Assembly (NCBI RefSeq): GCF_006345805.1
Contig: NC_043000.1
Span: 74,400,001-74,464,000, forward strand
Reading direction: 5' to 3'
Source: Octopus sinensis
Taxonomy: Eukaryota
Length of the DNA stretch: 64,000 bases
Shown: piece after piece, positions 52,790-64,000 of the stretch
Position numbering within the stretch: position 1 is the first letter of the stretch
Layout: the number at the start of each line of letters is the position of its first letter
Translations under genes and position numbers: made by a program
Notes under the pieces: generated by a model
Database searches by the model: none
Seen by the model: only the letters and a program-made list of their open reading frames with translations
Told to the model about the DNA's origin: nothing

Positions 52790-53340
52790 CAGGTTACAAC
52801 CTGTATCCTTAGATATTCACATGATTTCAGTAAGCCGGCAAGTGCTCAAAATCCTTCTGATGAACTTTCCTGTTCCTAAGAGGTAAATTTTCTGTAGATG
52901 CTCCACAGGACATTCCATTCCAATCTCCTTTATCCTTTGGTCTGTTTCATCTCTCACAATCCCTAATGCACCAATTATCACAAGTATAATCTTTTCAGAT
53001 TCTGTGCTCCAAATACTCAACTTTTAAGGAATTCTAGTTTTATAGCTTTTCATCAACTTTCTTCACAATTCTAGTATCAAATGGACATGATGGATCAATT
53101 AATATGCAAACTCAGCTTTTCTTGTCTATTACTGTAATATCTGGCTTGGTATGGTCCATCTTCTTACCTGTTACTCAGTGCCCATGCCATGTACTTCCTG
53201 ATTCAAATGTCCATTTTTGATACAGTGTAAACCCTTCACAACATAACCATGTCTCCATTTCTTATATTCTCCCTGGGCCATCTTTGAGTATGCTGCAACA
53301 ATATGTACTGTTGTTTTATCCCAAATTTCATATGCTCTAC
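52790..53340 (-). mobile_element. R4/Dong LINE 3' (RLE) fragment
   Basis: TTVHIVAAYSKMAQGEYKKWRH; IWSTESEKIILVIIGALGIV..LQKIYLLGTGKFIRRIL. Confidence 0.75.
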
Positions 53341-53344
53341 ATTT

Positions 53345-53730
53345 TGCTGACATCTTTTCTCCAGTGCAGGCATGGCTGTGTAGTAAAAAGCTTGTTTTCC
53401 CAACAATGTGGGTTCTGCATTCAGTCCCATTCTGCAGCACGTTGGGCCAAGTGTCTTTTACTATAGCCTTTGGCTGACCAAACCCTTATGAGTGGATTTG
53501 GCAGATGGAAACTGAAAGAAGCCCATCATATATATATATATAAATATGTGTATATTTTTGTGTTTGTGTTTTTCCTCCCACCCACTGCTTAGTAACTGGT
53601 GCTGGTGTGTTTACGTCTCCATAAAATAGCAGTTCAGCAAAAGAGACTGATAGAATAAAATTCTTGAAGGTGGTGCCCCAGCATGGCTGCAATCTAATGA
53701 CTGAAACAATTAAAAAATAAAGATAAAAGA
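53345..53730 (+). mobile_element. tRNA-derived SINE (same family as 62319), diverged
   Basis: ggcatggctgtgtagtaa..ttcagtccca..gccttttggctgaccaaa..gatggaaactgaaagaagccc..gagactgatagaataa..tgactgaaacaa. Confidence 0.8.
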
Positions 53731-55329
53731 TACACATATTTTCTCAAGCTGCTCATTTGCAGTGCTTGGTTCTTTCAGTGCTGAAAATTTGAAGGGAACC
53801 CTAATTTTGAATGTCCATTGTATTTCTAATGTTAGAATACCCCAAAAGTAATATTTTGAGCAAAAAAGTATTTCAAGAATATTTTTGCATCTAATTTTCA
53901 GACAGATTTCTTACGTGACATGATGTAGCTTTTTCCTGACGTACTGCATGAATAAGAAATTTTGTCTGAATTGAGCAGTGGCGTAATAAAAATTACTTTA
54001 TGTTGAGATGGAAGCTTGAGCTCTACTTCAGCAAATGCTAAAACAAAATGTTGACAACCAAAACACCCAGCAGAGAAACATTATGCATGATGTGATAATT
54101 TCATGTGATGTGACATAACAAAGTGCAATTTCAAGATCAAGAAATTAGAACAAAGTGACATCCCACAAAATTTTAGGTTAAAATTAACCACCAATAACTT
54201 TTCTAGTTACTAAACACAAAGAAAGTCAGTTTCCAGATTACTTAACTTAACACAGTAGTTCATTTTGCTTAATAGTGTAGTTCGTATTTCATGGTATTTA
54301 ATGATGCTTTCATATGTTCTTGTAAATGAACATTGAATAGAAGCTGAAATTTGAAAAAAAATTCCCCTGGAGCCTGAAGATAGAACTGTTTCATGCTTTA
54401 AAAAAATATATCATTAAGACCTCCAAACATTCTGCATTCAGTAAATATATTTTTACTGAAATGGAGAAGATAAAGGGAAAAGTATCTGATATGTATTTTA
54501 TCAATTGCAATGAATGTGACAAATGAAGCCATAATGGATAGTGACCAAGTTGGCTCTCACACAGAAATTTCTGAATCAAGTTGGCCATAATACCAAAAAG
54601 CAATTTTTTTATTTTAATGTTCATTTTAATGTGGTGAGGTGTTTAGAGCTACTCAAAGTATGAGGCTTTAACTTGCTTGTAATTAAATCAGTGCTCAATT
54701 TTAGGTGGATTACATCTTCATTTTCTTGTTTTTTATGCAATAAAATATAAAGAAGTGACCTTCAAAATGTTTCAATTACTCTTCTTGCATTAACTTAAAG
54801 GGGCATTATGTCACATTACATAATCTGTGATGTGACATAACAAGAATAATTCCAATAAATGAATATTTTCAGCCTTTGGACAAAAATTTGGCCCTGGATT
54901 TGGAAGACAGCCACTTGCTACCCTTTGCGGAAAAAATTCAACAAAAATATATTTTTCATTGAGAATCAATAAGACTTATGGCATATAAATATGACATGAC
55001 ATAACAGAAATAATTGGCTATTAATCATACTATGTAACTTCATTTGATTCTCTTAGTAAACTATCTGACTTGATAAATAACATAAAAAAACAATTTTTTG
55101 TCCATTTATATGCTTCAAAACACTTTCATAAATATGGACACAGGGTAGTAGAGTCTATAAATGTTGCCATGTTTAGTTACCATTAAGGCATGGTTCAGAA
55201 TATTTTTGAAAAATCAGAACTATTTATTAAAGCTAGGGGGATAGATTTTCTCAAAACATTAAGTTTATCTCTAGTTTACACTTTAAAATTCACTTCATGG
55301 TTGACATTAGCAGAGAATCATCATAGTAA

Positions 55330-55720
55330 GACTCTGTTTCTCTTTTCAATTGTCCCTTTTTTAACTAAGCCCAGGATTTCCTTCCAAATACATCCTCAGT
55401 GGCTTTCTAATACCTGCCTTGCAAAGGGTTTTCTTCAATCTGTTCAGCATGTTCTCTTGTTCTTAAATAATTTTTCTGTGCTGTTCTGAAAATGATTAAG
55501 CCTTTTCCATCCTGATCTTTTGGTTTTTAATGCCATTGCTCTTTGTGACAATTCATCATGGGCTGTTTGTTTTCCCCTCTCTTCTAACCTGTACTACCCG
55601 ATCAATTTTCTGAGTATTGCCTCATTATTGAGTTCCCTTCTCATTATCCTATTTAAATGCCCCAGTTCTTTTCACATCTTTTCCAACTTCATTTGTATTC
55701 TCTTCCTCCAAAGTAGATGA
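55330..55720 (-). mobile_element. R4/Dong LINE N-terminal remnant
   Basis: AHDELSQRAMALK.K..RLNHF resembles the KQRIIAKSQRIRKF..NRLF region of the 32.8-33.2 kb copy. Confidence 0.45.
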
Positions 55721-56619
55721 CTTAGCTGTTAAATATGTTAAAGCTCATCTAAAGGCTTTCTATGCAAAAAGTTTTGATTACAAAAGGATTAACAACAAAT
55801 CATGGAGGTTGTTGAACCTAGTGTGACACAATGTACAACTTGTCAAGTGACAGATGACATTGCTCCCTCCTCATCACCTGGAGTGAATCATAAAAGCCTA
55901 AAGTTCTCTGTTTATTCCAAAACTGGTTAAGAAAGAGAGGCATCTACAACAACTTGTAGCAAATGGTCATGAAGCATCCTCTCATAGCAGCACCACCTCA
56001 TCCACATATGAGAAAGGAGATCAGATGGAAGCCAAATGGGATGAACAGACTTCTTAAAAAAAAAATTACTAAAGGCAAAAAATGAAAAAATTATAAAAAG
56101 TGTGAAGTGGAGTACACCTCTTGTGAAATACAAACTCTCTGCCGAAGAAAAAACATTTTCATGAGGAAGAACTTATGTTCTGTTAATTGAAACTACTCTC
56201 CATCTTGGCCAAAAGGAAATTCACAGATATTTGCAAACAAAGCAAAGCACTGATAAGTCTTATACAATATATACAAGGAATATCCAAACAAAATGCAGAT
56301 AAAAAAAGAGATGTAATCACATTCTAAACAACATAAAAACAACAGAATCAGAGTACAGTTTGAGGATTTATTTTATGAATGCTATATTTGAGTGAGGGGC
56401 AATTGCAAGAACTTCTCATGGAAAATTTGGAAATTTATTAGGAAAAATATAGGCACACCTCATCTTACGTTGGTAACTCAAAAAGGATGTAACAAAAAGA
56501 ATTGAAAAAAAAAGTTAAAAAGTCCATTGAAATTTTTTAAAAAAGGGATAATAGCAACTATGAAATACTATACTTTAAACATTTAAATAAAAAGAAATAA
56601 AGATAACTTTAAGAAAAAT

Positions 56620-57560
56620 TTTGAAAAGAACCTAAGAAATAACAGAAAAATAAAATATATAAAAATATTTACTTGACATTGATGTGCCAGAAGTGGAGGT
56701 TGAAAGCAAAGCATAAATTACAATATTTTCATTAAAGATGAAGGAATTAGTTCATCATCAAACATTTCTACTTCAGACTTTCAATATGCAGCAAGAACTT
56801 GTATAGGGTGCCTTGAATGGTTTTATGTCTTCTTGTCATCCAGGACATAAGATTTTGAACAGCCCCCATAATTTTAGCGAAGCACTCAGCACTAGGATCC
56901 ATTCCTTCAAAAATGGTTAATGATTTCTCTTAAAGCTTGCTGCATTTTTGTTTATGCTGAAGAGTTTTAGTTCTGGTTCTGGGTACTGTGCCTCTTCTTG
57001 TTGCAGTTCATGAACCTCTATCAACTCTTCATTTGTGAGTAGTTCTTTGTTAGCATTAAGTAATGCATTGAAATCCTTCTCCTCTAAATCCATATTCAGT
57101 TCTTTTGACAATGCCACCAATTCTTTGTTTAAATTAGAAATGTCATTCTCTTGAAATTAGGGACACAGTTTCTTTCTATTGGCATTCATATGTTTCTAAT
57201 ACATACTACCATACCAATTTGGTATTAAGAATGGTCTTGCAAATATCATGTTTTCCAAAAATTATGGTGCTTTCTTCCATTTTTGTTGTTGCTACACCCT
57301 GCCTAGATGCTTGCCTTTGGTAGTAATGTCTGAAGTTAGACATGATAGCCTGGTCCATAGTTTGCAGTAGAGAGATAATTTTAGGGAGTAGGTAAACAAT
57401 GATGATATAGGAATGAATGTCACTAGTGTTTTGTAGGTGGCCAGAAGTATTGTCTAAAATAAAAAGAATCTTGAATGGAATTTGCTTCTCTTTACAGTAC
57501 TGCTCAAATGTTGGAGCAAAATGGTTGTAAAATCAATCTTCATACCAGTTTACTTTGTAC
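56620..57560 (-). mobile_element. Tigger/pogo-like transposase remnant
   Basis: FYNHFAPTFEQYCKEKQIPFKILFILDNTSGH; VALSKELNMDLEEKDFNALLNANKELLTNEELIEV. Confidence 0.8.
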
Positions 57561-59192
57561 CATACTTCAGACATAGCAGAAAATAAGTACTGGTCAAATA
57601 TGGGATTGATTTAATCAACTGTACCCTTTCAAAAACATTTAGCCATTATTTTAATTATTAGTTATCTTTACTTCAATTTTTTGTTACCATTAAGACCCAA
57701 CTTTCATTAATTGTATGTAAGAAATAGTCAAGAAGACAACAAAAAAACAGAGCATTCCAGGTGCTAACAAAATTAGCATCAAATTGACCTGTGGACATTT
57801 TAAAATTGATCCTTTTGAAAGGGTGTCAACAGGATCCTCTCTTTGTTTGGAATACTGGTAAAATGATATCCTGAATTGTTAGAAATATTTTTAAGCATCA
57901 TCTCTTTGAGTTATATGTGCTTGGAAGAAGGGTAGCACGTTATATTTAGATGTCAGCCTACACAGTTATGTTTTTCCTTGTCTACATATAGAATTTCATT
58001 TTGAGAAGTGGTTTCTCAGTTGAATATTGTGGTAGGATATGGAATCTGTTTTTAGACTGGAAACAATGGTGTCGCCCTCTAAAATTTTTATTATCTTTGT
58101 AAAATAAGTTAGATTATGACAGCAGTTCTTTTCACTTCTATAAAGTTATGATTCTACTATGCTTGTACTACTACTGCTGCTGTTGTTGTTGTTTTTGTTT
58201 AAAATGACACTTTTTATTAAAAATATTCTGAAATAAAGCATCCTATCATATTTTTATCAGTAGACATTTTCAGACTGACAAAATAAACAAATGTTGTATC
58301 TTACAAGTGTCATATTACCAGTAATAAAAACAAATAAAAATAAAATAAAATAACGATGATGATGAAACAACTATAGTGCTTTAGGAGATTTATTTTAACA
58401 AGTAAGTTGTAATTTAGAACTGAAATAGAATTTAAAACGGCAAAAATACAAAATTAAAAGGCAAAGAAAGCAACCCATTTGCAGGTATTCATAATATTTA
58501 ATTTGAATTGCTTTTAATAGAAGTTTTAGATGAGGTTTTAGGTATTATATGTAATTTACTTTTTTTAAACATTCTACTTTCATCATATTTGTCATGTTTG
58601 ATTTATTGATGCTTTAAGTAAATTAGACTGGTTAAAGCTGTTCATTTGTTATTAAAACATACAATACTTCTATCGTTAAGAAAAAAATATATAAGATAGT
58701 GAGATTATTATTGTGTCATCTGAAATATAAAGCACATGTAATGGTTTGCACTTTATTTAGAAGATACCTTGTGTTATGTTTTGATGGCGCTTGGTCAAAG
58801 ATGCAGGGTGGGGGGTTAGCATTTTCAAATTTATAATTCTCGAAATATTATGACGATGAAGGAAATGAATTTGTATAATTCTAATCCAGAGGCGCATCCA
58901 TAATTAATCGTAGACTGTTTGATTTCATTGTTTTTTCTTATTTTTGCTGATGTGAGTTAAAAATATTGTTGTCTGTGGATTCATATTTGTAGTTAAAAGA
59001 ATTAGATGTCTTTTGGCTGCTATTTCTAAATTTTCGGTATGTGGTGAAGCAACTTGCTGCTAAACCCTTAATTATATTTATAATTATATAAAAAAAACTT
59101 TCTGTACAAGTTTTTACTGATAATGCTATTTCCATACCAAAACTACTTGGTAAAATTTATTAATTATTAAATTAATAATTCTTTACCCTATA

Positions 59193-59241
<49 letters not shown>

Positions 59242-59247
59242 AAAGTA

Positions 59248-61060
59248 TTTCGAATTGCAAGACATTTTGTGAGAGAAAATTGTGATGTCATAAGAGAGAA
59301 ATGTGTCTTCATGGATGATGATGCACTTGCTTTTAAGGACTCTGCAAAGAAAGAGGCTTGGAAATGCCATTATGATAGACTACTGAACATGGAGAATGAA
59401 TGGGAGGAGAGTTTGCCAAATGTTGACCCAATTGAGAGACCAGCTACCTGAATCAACAATACCTTGGTAGATAAAGCAATTTATGATATGATGACAGGGA
59501 AAGCCCCTGGCCCATCAGGAATCACTGCTGAGATGCTTAAAATATCTGGCGGTGTGGGTTATAGTCAAGTCACTCGTATTGTAAATCAGGTGATGCATGA
59601 AGGAGTTATACCCAATGACTAGTGTAGCAGCACTGTAGTCAACTGCTACAAAGGTAAAGGTGATGCCTTAGATAGAAATGATTAAAGAGGCATCAAATTG
59701 TTAGATCAGGTGATAAAAGTTGCGGACAGAGTCATAGCCCAACTAATTAAGGGAGGGAGTGAGTCTAGATGAGATGCAGTTTGGTTTTGTGCCAGATAGA
59801 TGCACCACTGGTGTTATATTTCTGGTAGGGCAACTGCAGGAGAAATACCTTGCTAAAGATAAACCTCTGTACTTGGCTTTTGTTGACTTGAAGAAAGCTT
59901 TTGACAAAGTCCCCCGATCCCTTATCTAGTGGTCGGTGCAGAAACTAGGGATAGATGAGTGGTTGGTGAGAGCCATGCAAGCCTTGTACTGAGACACTAC
60001 CAGTAAGGTGAAGGTGGGCAATGAGTACAGGGAAGAATTCTGGGTAGGGGTAGGGGTTCACCAAGGATCAATGCTCAGCCCCCTCTTGTTCATCATAGTC
60101 CTCCAGGCAATAACAGAGGTATTCAAGACAGGCTGCCCCTCTATGCTGATAACCTTGCTCTTATAGCTGAATCACTACCTGAACTAGAGAAGTTCCAGGT
60201 ATGGAAGCAAGGTCTAGAATAAAAGGACTAGTTAACCTAGCAAAAACCAAAGTCATAGTAAGTGGGAAGGCAAACAAATCACAAATTCCTTCAGGTAGAT
60301 GGCTCTGTTAAAGGTGTCGGTACAAACTCCACAAGATGCACCCAGTATAAGCTCTGGACACAGAAGGTGCAGCAACATCAGAGGAGGTTAAAAGGGAAAC
60401 TAACTTTTGTATGTGGTCGGTGCACAGGTACAATAAACACTGAAAATGTGCAGAAAATAGACTCCATCAATTGCCAGGGGGAAAAGCTATAGGTAGTAGA
60501 TAGCTGGAGGTGGATGCCTTGAGAGCGTAGCTGCAAGAATAAGATTAGGCTGGGCAAAGTTCAGAGAGCTCCTACCCCTGCTGGCAACAAAGGGCCTCTC
60601 TTAGAGTGAAAGGCAGATTGTTTGATGCCTTTGTACAAACAGTTATGCTGTATGGCAATGAAATATGGGCTATAACAGCCAGGGAAATGAGTAGGCTTCA
60701 GAGAAATGAAGCCTGTATGCTTCACTGGATGCGCAATGTCAGTGTGCATGTTCGACCAAGTGTAAGCATCTTGAGAGAACAGTTAGGCATAAGAGGAATC
60801 AGATGTGGCATGCAGAGAGATGACTTCGCTGGTATGGTCATGTGATGCATTTAGATGAGGACAGTTGTGTAAAGAAGTGACAATCTCTAACTATGGAAGG
60901 AACCTGTGGTAGAAGAAGACCCAGGAATGCATGGGATGAGATGGTGAAGCATGATCTTTGAGCCTCACAGAGGCAATGACTAGTGACCAAGACCTTTGAT
61001 GATGTGCTGTGCTTGAGAAGACCTGCTATGCCTAGTGCACCCGTACTGGTAGCACATAAA
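59248..61060 (+). mobile_element. Older 5'-truncated RTE LINE copy
   Basis: KEAWKCHYDRLLNMENEWEESLPNVDP, GKAPGPSGITAEMLK, AFVDLKKAFDKVP, HQGSMLSPLLF, KGRLFDAFVQTVMLYG; many stops; preceded by (TA)n. Confidence 0.9.
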
Positions 61061-61064
61061 GAAC

Positions 61065-61320
61065 ATCTTTCAAGCAATGGGCCTCAAGGATGCAAAGTGG
61101 CTAAGTTCCTCTTGAGCATTGGGCCTGATGGAGGTAAAGTGGTTGAGTTCCTTTTGAGTGTTGGGCCTCGCAGAGGTGTGTAGCTGAGTTTCTTTTGAGC
61201 GTTGGGCCTCACAGAGGTGAGGTAGGTGAGTTTCTTTCAAGTGTTGGGCCTCACAGAAGCAAAATGGCTGAGTTCCTTTCAAGTGTTGGGCCTCATGGAG
61301 GCAATGACCAAGACCTTTAG
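61065..61320 (+). repeat. 42-bp tandem repeat, about 6 copies, derived from the RTE ORF end
   Basis: gggcct recurs at 61079, 61121, 61163, 61204, 61246, 61288; unit resembles ttgagcctcacagaggcaatgac at the LINE C-terminus. Confidence 0.8.
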
Positions 61321-61399
61321 CATTATGTTGTGCTTGAGAAGACCATTGAAGCTGAGCAAAATCACAGTTCTGGCAGATACTGGTATCACACAAATTGGC

Positions 61400-61620
61400 A
61401 CATAAATACACCCGGTGTCACACAAATGGCACTTGTGCTGGTGGCACGTAAAAGCTCCCATTACACTCTTGGAATGGTTGGCATTAGGAAAAGCATCCAA
61501 CTATAGAAAACCATGCCAAATCAGACTGGACTGTGGTGCAGCCTTCCAGCATACCAGCCTAGTCAAACTGTTCAACCTGTACCAGCATGGACAATGGATG
61601 TTAAATGATGATAATGATTG
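61400..61620 (+). mobile_element. RTE 3' tail of the older copy
   Basis: gtgctggtggcacgtaaaagc..ggttggcattaggaaaagcatcc..ccagcatggacaatggatgttaaatgatgataatga. Confidence 0.75.
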
Positions 61621-62318
61621 GCCCACTTTCTTGTTAAAAAAATGAAATATTAAATGATGACCAAAACACACCCACCCACATACATTGTGCTGGAGAACTC
61701 TAAAACAAGCTTCTGACAGATATTCAGGAGTAGTGCTCAAATAAGTGAGAACCAACTCCATTCATCCAAAGCAGATGCCTCTGGAATAGAAAATCTGCTA
61801 TAAGAACAATCCTTGTGAAGAAGGTATGGAAGTAGAACACCAGATAAACACAAGTAGGATTAATGAGTATATTTGCATGGAATACAGAATACAGATTATG
61901 GAATGAAGAATATAAAAACAAAAAGTCTTATGCAACAGTCTTACTTTCACAGCTGTTGCAGGTGAATCATGGCTTGTGTTGTAACCATATCCATTACATA
62001 ACAAAGACCGATAATGTTGTAGGTGTATGGAATAACACAAGTTTCTATGGATCCATTAGGCAAGGCCTGGTCACCCTCATTGTAAAAATGTGTCAAAAGG
62101 GTTACCTGGCCCTTCCCGACTCCTTGTCTTGACTTCATGTGATAGTTGCAAACAAATGTCACCATCATGCCAGCAGTGTCCTTTGTTTCCAATTTTCTGT
62201 GAAAACATGTCTGGTCATGGAGAATATTACTTTATTTGGAAACAGTCAACAAATTCCATCTGATACATGCAAGCATGGAAAAGTAGATCTTGAATGATGT
62301 TGGTGATATATATATATA

Positions 62319-62725
62319 GGCGCAGGAGTGGCTGTGTGGTAAGTAGCTTGCTAACCAACCACATAGTTCCGGGTTCAGTCCCACTGCGTGGCATCTTGGG
62401 CAAATGTCTTCTGCTATAGCCCCGGGCCGACCAATGCCTTGTGAGTGGATTTGGTAGATGGAAACTGAAAGAAGCCTGTCGTATATATGTATATATACAT
62501 GTGTATGTGTGTGTGTTTGTGTATGTGTGTTTGTCCCCCTAGCATTGTTTGACAACCGATGCTGGTGTGTTTACGTCCCCGTCACTTAGCGGTTCGGCAA
62601 AAGAGACCGATAGAATAAGTACTGGGCTTACAAAGAATAAGTTCCGGGGTTGATTTGTTTGACTAAAGGCGGTGCTCCAGCATGGCCGCAGTCAAATGAC
62701 TGAAACAAGTAAAAGAGTAAAGAGT
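62319..62725 (+). mobile_element. Young full-length tRNA-derived SINE
   Basis: A-box-like tggctgtgtgg (62329-39), B-box-like gggttcagtccc (62371-82), central (TA)/(TG) tract, tail aagtaaaagagtaaagagt; preceded by (TA)n. Confidence 0.88.
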
Positions 62726-63399
62726 ATATCTGTTGATTCACCAGAAGCAGTAAGGATACAATACAAATGCACAGTCATTGTGTGTGTGCACAAATGAATG
62801 TATGGTCCAATAATCAGCAAAGAAACCGTTGTTGATCTACATTGGCAAGATCTGGATTATTTGTAGACTCAATGAAAAGAGTTCAGTGAACTTACTGTGG
62901 AGAGTGGGAAATCCAACATTTCAGGCTGAGTCTTTCAGCAAAAAGCTGGCAGGAGAGAAATTAATGAGACACAGCAGAGTTTTATATTTTCTGAGTCAGA
63001 AAAACTGATTGCAACTGATAAGGAATGTAGACCATAGATGCTTCATACATGAATAGGAAGTGATCAGAGAGAAAAACAGTGCAAGTGATAGAAGGTAAGG
63101 TGAATAGAATGAGGAGGTGAAGCAGAAGTTGAAAGTGAGGTGAATGAAAAAGATTAAATGAGAAGGGAGTTGGAGGATAAGAAAGGGTTTAATGAGCTAA
63201 GTGAAGATGTAGGAGTAGGTGGGAAAATGTTCCTTTAAACCTACCAATGACATGGTACCAAGTTTGAATATGAAATATTGCTCCCTCCATTTCCTTGAGA
63301 ATGTAGATCCATGGTGTGCAGGGATACTGCAGACTGATAAGTACAATAGCCTGTAGTGTTGAAATAGGTAAGTAGTAATAGGTATGTCTGGCATATTTA

Positions 63400-64000
63400 G
63401 TAGTATGCTCTAAATGTTCTCTTGAAAGCAATCAACAACTTCATTCATAAATTGTTTATCAAAAGTGGGATTTTCTGATGGATGATGTATGCTTCCATGT
63501 TTTTTTTGGACTGTGTGTTGATATATAAGGTCAAGTATTGAGTGTGTTGGGATTTTTTTTATCATAATTCTTGGATGTCAACCATTTTTACATGTTCTGT
63601 TCCATATTGTTTAAAGTGACTGGGTATTGTCTTTCAAGTGCTATCATTTTAAGTTCTTGAAGTTGTTTCTCTTGAGTTTCAGGATTAGTTATGATTGTGT
63701 AGATTCCTCATGCTAAGTCAAAAGGTATATTCATTTTCATATTTTTTGGATGACGGAAAGAAAAGAGTAGATATTGTTCTGAGTCTCTTGGTTTGAAGTA
63801 GACTTGGGTTTCAATGTTTGTGTCTCTTTTTATGATTATGGTGTCCAAAAAAGACAATTTATTGTTACTATAGTCAGTTGTGAATTGGATATTGTGTTGA
63901 TCTAGAGTGAGTCTGGACCAAGAAGTGTACAACTCATAAATTTGGTTTCTGGAATATGGTTAAAAACAACAAAGCAGAAATTTACAAAAGATATTTCAAC
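63400..64000 (-). mobile_element. Penelope-like element RT C-terminal/thumb fragment, running off the window end
   Basis: IQFTTDYSNNKLSFLDTIIIK...TQVYFKPRDSEQYLLFSFRHPKNMKMNIPFDLA, typical PLE RT-thumb signature. Confidence 0.8.

Noticed and set aside
61065-61320. Repeat-spacer pattern suggestive of CRISPR
   Set aside because: Linkers are only ~10 nt and related to each other; the unit derives from the LINE C-terminus.

Overview
Eukaryotic, very AT-rich, repeat-dominated genomic DNA with a 100-N scaffold gap (10054-10153). The repeat landscape (tRNA-derived SINEs with TA/TG middles, RTE and R4/Dong LINEs, kilobase (TA)n tracts) looks like an octopus or other cephalopod genome; this is recognition from memory, not a database result. 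I found no host protein-coding gene I can support. Almost every ORF in the track is a transposon fragment or a microsatellite/GC-rich shadow ORF. Content in order: an AT-rich serial-palindrome (foldback-like) array present in three blocks, with a ~9.25-kb-offset near-identical duplicate; an internally inverted Penelope-like element interrupted by a hAT fragment; a CR1-group LINE fragment fused to an orphan rDNA piece (spacer subrepeats, an 18S gene missing almost all of its interior, ITS1 stub); several RTE LINEs, including a near-full-length young copy with a PHD finger inside the RT and a 1.7-kb hierarchically repeated 3' UTR; HERO, R4/Dong, Helitron, mariner (DD34D), Sailor-type (DD82E) and Tigger/pogo remnants; two more Penelope-like fragments with hammerhead-like motifs; many SINEs. 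The strongest leads are the collapsed rDNA unit, the DD82E transposon with TTA flanks, the long-stem-II hammerhead candidate, and the repeat-amplifying RTE 3' end. Most boundaries were placed by eye and are approximate.
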